DNA of 64,000 bases from OCS155 cluster bacterium AG-349-E07. Lineage in GTDB: Bacteria > Actinomycetota > Acidimicrobiia > Actinomarinales > Actinomarinaceae. The position numbers and the translations under genes are program-made. Below, one piece after another: positions 10,279 through 19,785 of this stretch; position 1 is the first letter of the stretch, and the number at the start of each line of letters is the position of its first letter. Below the pieces are notes generated by a model that was not told where the DNA came from, made no database searches, and saw nothing but the letters and a program-made list of their open reading frames with translations. The stretch covers positions 99,452 to 163,451 of the forward strand of contig QCCZ01000001.1 of assembly GCA_003281085.1 (NCBI GenBank), read 5' to 3'.

Positions 10279-11415
10279 CTAAATTGACAGTTTTCCATCT
10301 ATTTCGGTAATTTCTACTTCTTGATTAACTTCTAAAGATTGTTTATTTTCTATTTCTACAACAAAATTATTGCTTTCTAATTGGACAAGTGCTCTGTTAT
10401 CACTTAACAATTCAACAATTTTGACCTTTGAGCCCTTAAACGATGACATTGCACTTGTGTCTGTAGTAAGCCTGGATCTAATAACTGTAGGTATTGCAAC
10501 AAAATAAAAGAAAGAGATTATTGAAGAAGCAAATATCATCAAGAAATTATTTATTTCTAATTGGTAATTTGAAAACATTACAATTGATGAAATATGCAAG
10601 ATGGAAAAAGCAGCTATTCCTAGAGGACCAAAATATCCCCTTGCTAATATTTTTATAAAAATCAGAAAAGAAATGAGAAATAGAATTAAACCATAATAAT
10701 TTAAACCGAACTCAGTAAACGTTATAGAGGAGAAGCCGATAAGCAGAGCTCCTATAAATGCCATCAATCCAGGCCCAATTGCAAATAGCTCTAAACCTAG
10801 TAGTGCAAAACCTAGAGCAAAAAATAAATAAGTAAAGAATGGGTTTGATATTGAAATATAAAATCTTTCATACAGAGACGGTTTTACAAATTTGATTTCA
10901 TTAATATCATCAGAGTTAATATCGAAACTTACAATGCCAGATGTTCCTGATTCTTCTGAAATTATATTTGATATTATTTTTTCATTTCCTAAGTTTTCAA
11001 TAAATGCTCCGATTGAACCTACGACCATATAACCTTCATAGATTCCTTCTTGATTTATAAATTCGAACTCATTATTAGAAAGTTTATTAATAATTGTTGT
11101 ACCAGGTGATATACCAACGTAGTCAAATGACTTCAAAAGTCTTGCATCAACTGTTGTCTCGTTTGGCCCGACCCAGATGGCTTTTGGTGTTTTAATGCCC
11201 TTGAGTAATTCTTGTAATTCAACGACACTATTTTCACTTGTGTCAGAAGCGTTGTATTGAATAACAAATAAGCTTGTTTCTCTTAAATCATTCTCGCCTA
11301 TATATCTTTGAATGGCATTGATATGACTATTTGAAAATATACCATCAATTTCGAATATGCTAATTTGTGTTATATTTACAGCTGCAAAAAATAATATAGG
11401 TAATAGTTTTAACAT
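10279..11415 (-). CDS. NfeD-like membrane protein (signal peptide, soluble domain, 4-5 TM, C-terminal OB-fold-like tail)
   Basis: architecture and the C-terminal VKIVEL..ALVQLE..VEIENK..EVEITEIDG beta-rich tail resemble the NfeD C-terminal domain. Confidence 0.35.
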   Translation of the reverse strand: MLKLLPILFFAAVNITQISIFEIDGIFSNSHINAIQRYIGENDLRETSLFVIQYNASDTSENSVVELQELLKGIKTPKAIWVGPNETTVDARLLKSFDYVGISPGTTIINKLSNNEFEFINQEGIYEGYMVVGSIGAFIENLGNEKIISNIISEESGTSGIVSFDINSDDINEIKFVKPSLYERFYISISNPFFTYLFFALGFALLGLELFAIGPGLMAFIGALLIGFSSITFTEFGLNYYGLILFLISFLIFIKILARGYFGPLGIAAFSILHISSIVMFSNYQLEINNFLMIFASSIISFFYFVAIPTVIRSRLTTDTSAMSSFKGSKVKIVELLSDNRALVQLESNNFVVEIENKQSLEVNQEVEITEIDGKLSI

Positions 11416-11456
11416 TTTATATACTTAAATATATACAATAGTAGTCTTTTAAAACT

Positions 11457-11780
11457 GTGAAAATTTGCTTGATAACAGATAACGAATGGGTAAAGGATTC
11501 TTTACTAAAGTATCTTGATTTTGATTACAATTTTACTCATCTTATTGGTAGTGATGATATCAAATTGTCGTACGATTATATTTTTGTTGATATGCAAGTA
11601 AATAACAATGGCGGTCCTTCAATCATCAGAGAAATTGGGCGCAACAATAAATTTGCAAATTCAAAAAAAATTCTATTAATTGACAGAGAAGCAGATGTTT
11701 TTCAGGCTAAGAGGGTTGGAGCTGATGGACATCTTTTAAAACCAATTGATAAAACAAATTTAAAAAAAGTATTTACTTAA
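11457..11780 (+). CDS. stand-alone CheY-like receiver-domain protein (degenerate), GTG start
   Basis: IFVDMQ (phospho-Asp position), ILLID, GADGHLLKPID pattern typical of REC domains. Confidence 0.4.
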   Translation: MKICLITDNEWVKDSLLKYLDFDYNFTHLIGSDDIKLSYDYIFVDMQVNNNGGPSIIREIGRNNKFANSKKILLIDREADVFQAKRVGADGHLLKPIDKTNLKKVFT

Positions 11781-11811
11781 AACATAAATTATCTAAAATC
11801 AATGATACAAA

Positions 11812-13062
11812 TTGAGTATTAACTTTGACATCGTTTTATACATAGTATTTTTTCTTTGCCTAATCTTGTCTGGCATGCTTTCAGGCTCTGAAACAGCTAT
11901 AACTTCTATTCCAATACAAAAAATACATCAATTGGATGAAAACAAAAAGAATAAAAGAATTAAAAGAGCTAAAGAAAATATTGAAAAAACTATTGGTGGA
12001 ATATTAGTTGGTAACAACTTTGTTAATATATTGATGGCATCAGTTGCAACACTTATTTTTGTAAGGCGTTTTGGGGAAAGTGCAGGTAGTGCGATAGCAA
12101 CGGTGTTTACTACAGTTATAGTTCTAATTTTTGGAGATATTACTCCAAAAACTTTGGCAACGAAGTTGCCGATATCATTTTTATCAAGAACTACGTTTTT
12201 AGTTGAAATTCTTTCAAAAGTATTTGCTCCATTTACTGAAGGTATAACAAAGATGATAATGAAATTTGTTAAAACACCTGATGAAGATGATGCAGAGGTT
12301 ACAGAAGCTGACATACAAGCTTTAACCGCACTTGGTGAAATTGAAGGGCAAATTTTACCAGCTGAAAGAGAGATTATTGATTCACTTCTAGATTTTTCTG
12401 ATAGACCTATTAAAGAAATTATGACTCCAAGGGTAGATGTTTTGTTTCTATCAATTCCTGTAGTTATGGAGGATGTAAGAAAAATTGTTGATGAAAAAAG
12501 AATATCGAGAATGCCAATTTCAAGAACAGAATCATTAGATGATACTTTTGGAATTGTATACGTAAAAGATTTATTCAATCTTGAAAATGAAGCTACATCA
12601 GTAGAAGTAGAAAATCTTGTTAAAGATGCAATTTACCTACCAGAATACACAACTGTACTGTCTGCTTTAAATATTCTTAGAGAAAATCAGGCAAGCTTTG
12701 CATGTGTAATAGATGAGAATGGTGGAATAGAAGGTGTAATTACTATCAAAGACGTTCTTTCTGAATTCGTTGGCGATCTGCCAGATGAACATGATGAAAG
12801 ATTCAAAGGAATTAAAAGACTAGGTCCTGGTCAATGGGTTGTAGAGGGAAAAACAGACATTGATGATTTTGAAGAATTTTTTGGCCTTGAGTCACAAGAG
12901 TCTGATGTGGCTACAGTAGGAGGGCTGTATTTAAGCTATTCAGAAAAACTGCCAAGTATAAATGAAAAAATTACAGTCCATGGTCTTGAGCTTACTGTTT
13001 CAGCAATCGACAACAGAAGAATCGATTCGTTGATTGTTAAGAAGATTGCAAAAATTACCTGA
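11812..13062 (+). CDS. CNNM/CorC-HlyC family transporter (DUF21 + CBS pair + CorC_HlyC domain), TTG start
   Basis: N-terminal SGSETA DUF21 signature, tandem CBS-like segments, C-terminal transporter-associated domain. Confidence 0.75.
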   Translation: MSINFDIVLYIVFFLCLILSGMLSGSETAITSIPIQKIHQLDENKKNKRIKRAKENIEKTIGGILVGNNFVNILMASVATLIFVRRFGESAGSAIATVFTTVIVLIFGDITPKTLATKLPISFLSRTTFLVEILSKVFAPFTEGITKMIMKFVKTPDEDDAEVTEADIQALTALGEIEGQILPAEREIIDSLLDFSDRPIKEIMTPRVDVLFLSIPVVMEDVRKIVDEKRISRMPISRTESLDDTFGIVYVKDLFNLENEATSVEVENLVKDAIYLPEYTTVLSALNILRENQASFACVIDENGGIEGVITIKDVLSEFVGDLPDEHDERFKGIKRLGPGQWVVEGKTDIDDFEEFFGLESQESDVATVGGLYLSYSEKLPSINEKITVHGLELTVSAIDNRRIDSLIVKKIAKIT

Positions 13063-13389
13063 TCAAATTACTTCAAAAGCTTTAAGTAGCTCATGTTTGT
13101 TTGGTGAATTATCAAAATCTTCTTTTGACTTATGAGCCTCGACATGCCAATCTGTTAATTCATTAATTAATAATTCTTCATCAACGCCGTTAACTTTTAT
13201 GGTTATTTCCCCATTTTGTGGTGCAGCCATGGTCATTATATTGATAATACTTTTTCCATTTGCAACCTTATCATCAAAAAAGATTTCAATGTCGCTTTCA
13301 AACTTGTTACATAATTCCACAAATTTAGCACCTGGGCGAGTATGCAAACCAGGATATATCAGTATTTTAAATTTTTTTTCTACTGCCAT
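13063..13389 (-). CDS. ptsH: phosphocarrier protein HPr
   Basis: GLHTRPGAKFV active-site His motif and KSIINIM segment typical of HPr. Confidence 0.8.
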   Translation of the reverse strand: MAVEKKFKILIYPGLHTRPGAKFVELCNKFESDIEIFFDDKVANGKSIINIMTMAAPQNGEITIKVNGVDEELLINELTDWHVEAHKSKEDFDNSPNKHELLKAFEVI

Positions 13390-13482
13390 TATTTATAATA
13401 TTAGTCATTTTTCGAAAAATTCTTAATCGCTATTTGTCAGAATATGGAGTTATGAACAATTAAGACCTTTTATAATTCACTT

Positions 13483-13866
13483 ATGAAAAATTTAATTTAC
13501 ATCCTTCTGGGAGCAGGTTTTTTAGCAATTATTTCCTCAAGTGCATCAGGGTTTTTAACTACTGAAACAAGTAATACTCTTGATAACCTATATGAAGAAA
13601 CTTTCTACATTGATCCAGAAAATATTGAAATCACAAATAACAACATCGTGATTACACTATCACAACAAAATAAAAATAACGCCGAGAAGAAAATTAATGA
13701 TTGTTTAAATTATTACAAAAAAGTTTATGAAAATTTAAATATAAATTGTGATTTAGTAGTAAAAGAAAGTGTTGCGCTTAATTCTTCTTGTGTGCACAAA
13801 TCAGGCGTTTTTGTTAAAGAAGAAAATCAGGAATATATAAAGATTACTACCTACAGCAACTGCTGA
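13483..13866 (+). CDS. small secreted Cys-containing hypothetical protein
   Basis: N-terminal signal-peptide-like segment; four Cys; no homolog recognised. Confidence 0.3.
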   Translation: MKNLIYILLGAGFLAIISSSASGFLTTETSNTLDNLYEETFYIDPENIEITNNNIVITLSQQNKNNAEKKINDCLNYYKKVYENLNINCDLVVKESVALNSSCVHKSGVFVKEENQEYIKITTYSNC

Positions 13867-14139
13867 TTAGTCGAATATTGAACCTAAAAGACTATCTTCT
13901 TCAGTTTCTATTTCAGCTATTGTGTCACCAACATTTACTATGTCGCCCTCTTCACAAGCTAAGTCTGTAATTTCTCCGGAGTAAGGTGATTCTAGATCCA
14001 TATCAACTTTGTCAGTGGAAATTTCACATATAGTGGCACCCTTCTCAATCTTTGAACCAACTTCAACTTTCCAACTTAAAATTTCAGCTTCGGTCATTTG
14101 ATCAGACATTGCCGGTAATTGAATTTTTTCTTTTGCCAT
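13867..14139 (-). CDS. free-standing lipoyl-attachment domain protein (no E2 catalytic domain)
   Basis: EILSWKVEVGSKIEKGATICEISTDKVDMDLESPYSGEI matches the E2 lipoyl-domain consensus with lipoyl-Lys in TDKV; ORF ends after about 90 aa. Confidence 0.65.
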   Translation of the reverse strand: MAKEKIQLPAMSDQMTEAEILSWKVEVGSKIEKGATICEISTDKVDMDLESPYSGEITDLACEEGDIVNVGDTIAEIETEEDSLLGSIFD

Positions 14140-14147
14140 ATATTTAT

Positions 14148-15131
14148 TTATAACATACTTTTGACTGCATTCGTAATGTCTTCAGCTTGAGGAATAACGT
14201 TTAATTCGAGGTGTTTTGCAGAAGGCATGGGTGAATGTAATCCTGAGACCAGCTTTGGAGCAACTTCAAGTTCATGAAATAACTCGCTTTCAACAATTTT
14301 TGAAATTACTGTCGTTCCCACAGAACTATTGGAAGGAGCTTCTTGACAAACTAAGAGTCTTTTTGTTTTTTTAAGTGAATTTTTAATAGTATCGTAATCT
14401 ATTGGTGAAACTGTCTGAAGGTCAATTAGTTCAATCGAGCAATTTTGTAATTCATCAGCGGCTATTGCTTCTTTTGCAACATTTACCATATTTGAATAGG
14501 CAACTATTGTTATATCGCTTCCTTCTTTAATGAGATTTGCTTTACCCAACATGCTTGATTCCTTGGGAATATCATTAAGTTCTACATTGTCTTTAATTTT
14601 ATATATTAATTTATGTTCCATGAAAATGATTGGGTTAGGATCTACAAAAGAATGGAGCAATAGATCATAGGCATTCTGAGGATTTGAAGGAGTAACTACT
14701 TTTAATCCTGGAACATGACAAAACCATGATTCAAGTGACTGGCTATGTTGTGCTGCCGCCCCTGTTCCAGCTCCACTAGCACCTCTGACAATTATTGGTA
14801 CGTTTACCGTTCCGCCATACATAAAATGAAGTTTTGCAGCTTGATTAACAATTGGATCCATAGCATTAACAATAAAATCACTAAACTGCATTTCGACAAT
14901 GGGTTTTCCGCCAGTCATTGATGCTCCAACAGCTAACCCTGCGATGACATCTTCAGCAATTGGTGTATCTTTAATTCTCTCCTCTCCAAATTGAGCTAGG
15001 AGTCCATCTGTAACTCCAAAGGCACCTCCGTAAATTCCAATATCTTCTCCAGCAATAAACGCTGTGGGGGTTTTTTCTAATATCAAACTAAGGGCTTTAT
15101 TTAATGCCTGTCCAGTTGTTAACTCAGGCAT
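14148..15131 (-). CDS. TPP-dependent 2-oxoacid/acetoin dehydrogenase E1 component beta subunit
   Basis: transketolase-like pyrimidine-binding and C-terminal domains; about 327 aa; overlaps the alpha subunit gene. Confidence 0.85.
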   Translation of the reverse strand: MPELTTGQALNKALSLILEKTPTAFIAGEDIGIYGGAFGVTDGLLAQFGEERIKDTPIAEDVIAGLAVGASMTGGKPIVEMQFSDFIVNAMDPIVNQAAKLHFMYGGTVNVPIIVRGASGAGTGAAAQHSQSLESWFCHVPGLKVVTPSNPQNAYDLLLHSFVDPNPIIFMEHKLIYKIKDNVELNDIPKESSMLGKANLIKEGSDITIVAYSNMVNVAKEAIAADELQNCSIELIDLQTVSPIDYDTIKNSLKKTKRLLVCQEAPSNSSVGTTVISKIVESELFHELEVAPKLVSGLHSPMPSAKHLELNVIPQAEDITNAVKSML

Positions 15132-16083
15132 ACGAATCCTCTTCTAAATTTGTTATTGGGCTGAGTGGGGAATCTAATGCCTGCTTAACCGATTTTCTGA
15201 TTAAATCCTTAATATCTGTATCAATGTCTTTAAGTTGATCTTCACTAATTCCAGACTCAATTAATTTTCCAATGTATCTTTTTATAGGGTCTTTTTCTTC
15301 TTTCCAATATTCAATTTCATCACTTGTTCTGTACAAGTTCCTATCAGATTTTGAGTGTCCCCTGTAGCGATATGTAACTGCTTCAATGAATTTTGGGCCC
15401 CCAGACGATAAAATTTTATTCTTAAAATTTAATACGTTTTCATAGACAGCCTCAACATCATTACCGTCAATTTGAATACTCTCTATTCCATAAGAATTTC
15501 CTCTCGATGCAATTGAGTCGCCTGCAACTGCTTTATCAGTTGCCATTGACATTCCATACTGATTATTCTCACATAAAAATAACACTGGAAGACTCCATAG
15601 CGATGCTAGGTTTAGAGCCTCATGGAATGAGCCTTCATTAACCGCTCCGTCTCCAAAAAAACAAAGTATAATATTGTCTTTTTTCTGCATCTGGAATGAT
15701 AAAGCTGCCCCAACAGAAATTGTTAAACTGCCAGCGACAATTCCATTGGCACCAAGATTACCATTTGATAAATCAGCAATATGCATTGACCCACCACGGC
15801 CTCTACAGTATCCATCTTCTCTACCAAGTAACTCTGCAAACATCTTATAAGGTTCGGCTCCTTTTGCAAGACAATGTCCATGTCCTCTGTGTGTTGAAGT
15901 AATCAAGTCATCTTTTTGAAGAGCTAAACATGCCCCAGCTGCTGTAGCTTCTTGACCGATAGATAAATGCATGGTCCCATGGAGCAAGCCTCTTGAAAAC
16001 ATTTCTTCTAGTGCTTCTTCAAACAACCTGATCAGCATCATCATGCGATGAAGTTCTAATTGAGTGGTTGTACTAAGTGTCAT
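15124..16083 (-). CDS. TPP-dependent 2-oxoacid/acetoin dehydrogenase E1 component alpha subunit
   Basis: TPP-binding motif GDGAVNEG...NN; about 319 aa, in the AcoA/PdhA size range. Confidence 0.85.
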   Translation of the reverse strand: MTLSTTTQLELHRMMMLIRLFEEALEEMFSRGLLHGTMHLSIGQEATAAGACLALQKDDLITSTHRGHGHCLAKGAEPYKMFAELLGREDGYCRGRGGSMHIADLSNGNLGANGIVAGSLTISVGAALSFQMQKKDNIILCFFGDGAVNEGSFHEALNLASLWSLPVLFLCENNQYGMSMATDKAVAGDSIASRGNSYGIESIQIDGNDVEAVYENVLNFKNKILSSGGPKFIEAVTYRYRGHSKSDRNLYRTSDEIEYWKEEKDPIKRYIGKLIESGISEDQLKDIDTDIKDLIRKSVKQALDSPLSPITNLEEDSYA

Positions 16084-16093
16084 TAAAGACTAT

Positions 16094-17347
16094 TTAACTA
16101 GCTTCTTGAAGTTTTCTTAAACTATTAATTAAATTTTCAGGAAGTTCAACTGAGTCTTTTGTAATTGGTTCACCTTTTTTTAGTTCTTTAATAACAGTTG
16201 CGCCTTCTAATAAGCCAAGTGGAATTAAATTGTCTGTATTTGCAACAGGATAAGTTACACCGTATGTGGCAAATCCCCCAATTCCATCAATCTTTTCACC
16301 TTTTTTTAGGTCTTTTTTTGCATGGCCAATAACTTCTGCAATCCATGACTTTGGTTGTAGCCCGGGTTCATTATTTATGATGGCCATCCCAATACTTCTA
16401 GGTGCTTCAATTGAAGCGAGGTGATAAGGCCTATAAAGAGTGTAATATGGACCTTCTCCCATAGATAAATACTCCATTTCTTCAATAACAGTTGGGTTGT
16501 CCGATTTCACAATAGAAAACACTCCTGGTGCTGGTCCAAATGCATAGTCAACTCTTCCAGATTCACTTAAAACACCCCCATCAGCTTTAGGGATAAGGAC
16601 TTTGTTTAATTCCTCTACTGAACTTACTGGTCCGTTCATGCCAATTTGATCTGGTGGTAAATTAATTGCATTTGCTAAAGCCGTCATTTCAATCATAGTT
16701 TTTGAACCATCTTCAAAACTTGCTAGCATTTTTGGATTCATATTCTTCTTAGTAGCTTTTTCTAAACAGGTATCAGGATTTGCAGTTTGGTCTAGTGGGT
16801 TGTTTTTTCCTTTTCCGACACACACTATCTCAAAACCTAAATCCACTGAGAAGTCATATAGCTCTTTACATGCAACTGGTTCATCACCATTCGCAACACT
16901 ATAAACTACATTATTTTTATTTGCTTTATTGGCTAAATACATCCCTATTGTGACATCTGTCTCTACATTCAACATGAGTATATGTTTTTGTGCCTCAATA
17001 CAGGCATCGGCAACCTCCGCACCAACCCATGGCACTCCAGTTGCTTCGAATACAATATCTATTGGTAGTTCTGCAAGAGCAGCTGCATTATCTACTACAC
17101 CACCTTGTCCGCTTTGGATAGACTTTGACGCCTCCTTGTTGTGTTTTACATACTCAACTCCAGCAAGATGTAATGCATTCTCAGCTCTTCCAATATCTAT
17201 ATCAGCACAAGCAACGAGGTTCATTCCTGGTATTTTCCCAATTTGTGCAGCAAGGCCGGAACCCATTTGGCCAGCACCAGCCAACCCAACTCTTACTGGT
17301 CTACCTAAATCTTTTTCACGAGCAATTAATAATTCTGTATAGTTCAA
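16094..17347 (-). CDS. NAD(P)-binding oxidoreductase with C-terminal SAF-like domain (COG4091 / homoserine-dehydrogenase-like family)
   Basis: N-terminal Rossmann GLAGAGQMG; C-terminal GEKIDGIGGFATYG SAF-like segment; about 417 aa. Confidence 0.5.
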   Translation of the reverse strand: MNYTELLIAREKDLGRPVRVGLAGAGQMGSGLAAQIGKIPGMNLVACADIDIGRAENALHLAGVEYVKHNKEASKSIQSGQGGVVDNAAALAELPIDIVFEATGVPWVGAEVADACIEAQKHILMLNVETDVTIGMYLANKANKNNVVYSVANGDEPVACKELYDFSVDLGFEIVCVGKGKNNPLDQTANPDTCLEKATKKNMNPKMLASFEDGSKTMIEMTALANAINLPPDQIGMNGPVSSVEELNKVLIPKADGGVLSESGRVDYAFGPAPGVFSIVKSDNPTVIEEMEYLSMGEGPYYTLYRPYHLASIEAPRSIGMAIINNEPGLQPKSWIAEVIGHAKKDLKKGEKIDGIGGFATYGVTYPVANTDNLIPLGLLEGATVIKELKKGEPITKDSVELPENLINSLRKLQEAS

Positions 17348-17703
17348 TTGTTTATCCTTAAATTATCCCCAATGCTTATATTAGGTTTATTATCAAATGT
17401 ACACCTGACATCTCCAAGCTGTGCTTCCTCAGTTGAAGAGTCAAGTTTTAAAACTAAATGACCTAAATTTTTAAAGTTTTCATTGGCTACAGGCCCTACA
17501 GAGACAACTTCTAAATTAGAATCTGAAAGACTTATTTTTGTTCCAACTACTATTTCACCAGAGATTTGCTCTAGTTTATGTATTACCGCAAAATCTTGAA
17601 GTTCCTCTGGTGCATTGTCACCAAAAAAAACTACAATTCCTTCATCTAAAAATAAATTAGCTTGTTCGCCTATTCTTACTATTTCTGAAGAATAAATTTG
17701 CAT
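17344..17703 (-). CDS. srlB: PTS glucitol/sorbitol-family EIIA component
   Basis: aligns by eye to E. coli SrlB (EIVRIGEQA vs TITRIGASA; LGHLVLKLDS vs LGHVTLRFDG); about 119 aa. Confidence 0.7.
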   Translation of the reverse strand: MQIYSSEIVRIGEQANLFLDEGIVVFFGDNAPEELQDFAVIHKLEQISGEIVVGTKISLSDSNLEVVSVGPVANENFKNLGHLVLKLDSSTEEAQLGDVRCTFDNKPNISIGDNLRINN

Positions 17704-18080
17704 TAAGCTTCAGTAACTTGATCCTCAGAAACTCCAGAAACAAAGTTCTCTTCTTTAATAAATTGAGCAAGTGGACCTGCTGGTGTAGTGTCATGAATAT
17801 CAATCGTTGGTACGCCCTTCATAGGATATACACCGATTCTCGCAGTTCCTCCACAATCAATTACTGCACAAGCCATGGCTTTAAAGCTTCCCTCTGGTGA
17901 TGATTTAAAGCCATCAAAGGCTTCCGCCCCAGTTAAATCAGCAATTTTTTGAGCAACTGGATGAATTCCTCCACCAGTAACGCAAACAATGTATTTTTTT
18001 TCATCAGTTGGTTGTATTTCTAAAGGGCCTCCCCAACCACTTGGCCCTGCTTCTACTTTTACTTTTTTATAATCTGCCAT
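17703..18080 (-). CDS. PTS glucitol/sorbitol-family EIIB domain protein (homolog of the SrlE N-terminal domain)
   Basis: GWGGPLEI, AVIDCGGT, PTIDIHDT, GPLAQFI blocks match the SrlE EIIB domain. Confidence 0.7.
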   Translation of the reverse strand: MADYKKVKVEAGPSGWGGPLEIQPTDEKKYIVCVTGGGIHPVAQKIADLTGAEAFDGFKSSPEGSFKAMACAVIDCGGTARIGVYPMKGVPTIDIHDTTPAGPLAQFIKEENFVSGVSEDQVTEA

Positions 18081-18100
18081 AGTTTCTCCTTTAAAAATAT

Positions 18101-18130
18101 GTAACGCTCTGATTTTAGTCAGAGCGTTAC
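18101..18130 (-). terminator. intra-operon perfect 12-bp-stem hairpin (GTAACGCTCTGA-TTTTAG-TCAGAGCGTTAC) followed on the transcript by AUAUUUUUAA, then the RBS of the EIIB gene; partial terminator or attenuator candidate
   Basis: palindrome read directly from the sequence, placed between the EIIC-domain and EIIB genes. Confidence 0.4.
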
Positions 18131-18157
18131 AAATTTAAAAATTGTTAAGTTATGTCT

Positions 18158-18682
18158 TTACAAACCTAGTGCAAATAAATAACCAACAACGACTGAGATT
18201 GGTCCAGTAATCATTCTACTTGTTAGAACTGCTGGAACACCAACCGTAACTGTCTCCGGTTCTGCTTCACCAAGAGCCAGACCAACTGGTACGAAATCAC
18301 AACCAACCTGTGGGTTAATTGCAAATAAAGCTGGAAGCGCCATTGAAACATCAATGTTTCCACGTCCAATTTCAGTACCAATTAGAACACCAACGATCTG
18401 AGCAATTACTGCACCAGGTCCTAGTAGTGGTGATAAAACAGGTATTGCGCATATGATACAAACTATCATTAATCCGCCTAAACTACTTGCAAAACCTTTT
18501 ATACCATTTGCAATAGCGTCACCAACACCGGTTTCTAAAATTAAACCAATGACAAAAGTAACGAATGCCATAAATGGAATTATTGTTTTTAAACATAGGT
18601 CAACAGCATCTCGACCTGCTTGGAACAATGTTCCAACCACGCCACCAACTGATCGACCAATTCTCTCTATTAAAGCTTGCAT
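18158..18682 (-). CDS. PTS glucitol/sorbitol-family EIIC domain protein (homolog of the SrlE C-terminal membrane domain)
   Basis: SPLLGPGAVIAQIVG, LPALFAINPQVGCDFVPVGLALGEAEPETV blocks resemble the SrlE membrane domain as I recall it; about 174 aa, several TM. Confidence 0.6.
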   Translation of the reverse strand: MQALIERIGRSVGGVVGTLFQAGRDAVDLCLKTIIPFMAFVTFVIGLILETGVGDAIANGIKGFASSLGGLMIVCIICAIPVLSPLLGPGAVIAQIVGVLIGTEIGRGNIDVSMALPALFAINPQVGCDFVPVGLALGEAEPETVTVGVPAVLTSRMITGPISVVVGYLFALGL

Positions 18683-19224
18683 TATTCAACACCTGCCCTT
18701 CTTGACGTCATAATGTTATAGATAATATCAGTTACGATACCTCTAATTAATATGACTACAAGGCCAGCAAGAAGATATCTAACTGCTAAAGCAGTTACCA
18801 TATCTGGTGCAACTATTTCTACACCTGCTGCAATCCCTAACCATACAAACAACTCTCCACCATTCGCATGTGGAAAAATTCCTGTAATGGGATGAACAAA
18901 GCTTACTGCTGAATCATAAAATGCTGGTTTATGTTTTTCAGGCAAAAAGGTACCGAATGTATAGCAAACTGGGTTAGTAAGCATAAATACAGCTACAAAC
19001 GGTAAAAGAGTATAACGAACAGGCATGTAAATTGCCCCTTCTTGAGAAGCCCATTTTGCAAAGCCCTCAACTCTTTCCTCACCGATGAACTTGACTAAAG
19101 CATTAACTGCAGTCAAGAACACAACCACAATTGGAATAATTCCAGTTGTGAAACCAACAAATACATCAGCAGCGGTTCTAAATACTTGGATAAAGGCTTC
19201 TGCGCCTGCTACCAAAGCATCCAT
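18682..19224 (-). CDS. srlA: PTS glucitol/sorbitol-family EIIC2 component
   Basis: close match to E. coli SrlA (FLPEKHKPAFY vs FMPEKYKPSYY; GIFPHANGGELFVWLGIA vs GLFPHINPGELFVYLGIA). Confidence 0.75.
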   Translation of the reverse strand: MDALVAGAEAFIQVFRTAADVFVGFTTGIIPIVVVFLTAVNALVKFIGEERVEGFAKWASQEGAIYMPVRYTLLPFVAVFMLTNPVCYTFGTFLPEKHKPAFYDSAVSFVHPITGIFPHANGGELFVWLGIAAGVEIVAPDMVTALAVRYLLAGLVVILIRGIVTDIIYNIMTSRRAGVE

Positions 19225-19242
19225 ATCTCCCCCTCCTTATAA

Positions 19243-19656
19243 TTAATTTGTCGAATTACTATCTGCTTTACTTTGAAGTTTTTTTATCAAAGTGTCAGCT
19301 GCCATTTTGGCAGCATCCCAGATAGGTTCTTTGTTTTCTGAGTTAGCAATTTCATTTAATGTTTTGCCATTAAATAACGAAACTTTTTTACTTTTTGCAA
19401 AAGTAGTTACCCCCTCCAGAGTAAGACCGTTAACAATGGTTGAATTTACATCAGCAGAGATTGCTAGATAGATTTTTTTTCTCCCCCATTTAGGTTGATT
19501 TACACCTATAGCGACTTCCAAGCCAGGTCCTTTAATGCTGTTTACTGCATCTAAGAAACCAGTAGCCTGTTTTTTAGCAAGATACATCTGTAAAACCCAC
19601 ATAAGTGCGAGTGTTACAAATATGACACCAAGTGCATATGGTGAACTAGATAACAA
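19243..19656 (-). CDS. gutM: GutM-like glucitol-operon activator
   Basis: single N-terminal TM segment plus GRKKIYLAISADVNSTIVNGLTLEGVTTFAKSKK resembling GutM. Confidence 0.55.
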   Translation of the reverse strand: MLSSSPYALGVIFVTLALMWVLQMYLAKKQATGFLDAVNSIKGPGLEVAIGVNQPKWGRKKIYLAISADVNSTIVNGLTLEGVTTFAKSKKVSLFNGKTLNEIANSENKEPIWDAAKMAADTLIKKLQSKADSNSTN

Positions 19657-19785
19657 CTTCCATCCTTCAACTTAAATAGTTAATTTAATTCTACATAAAT
19701 GATTCTTCGAATTTTGGTAAAAACCCGAAATCTTAAAAATAATGTAACCATTTTTGATTAAGAAAGGCCTGTTTTTAGGATTTTT

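Noticed and set aside
11928-12578. 216-aa minus-strand ORF antisense to the CNNM/CorC transporter gene
   Set aside because: The plus-strand gene has clear domain signatures; the antisense ORF is Ser/Ile-rich low complexity
16929-17361. Plus-strand ORFs 16929..17342 and 17125..17361 inside the SAF-domain oxidoreductase gene
   Set aside because: Antisense to a coupled operon gene; Ala/Pro/Ser-rich translation typical of a wrong-strand reading
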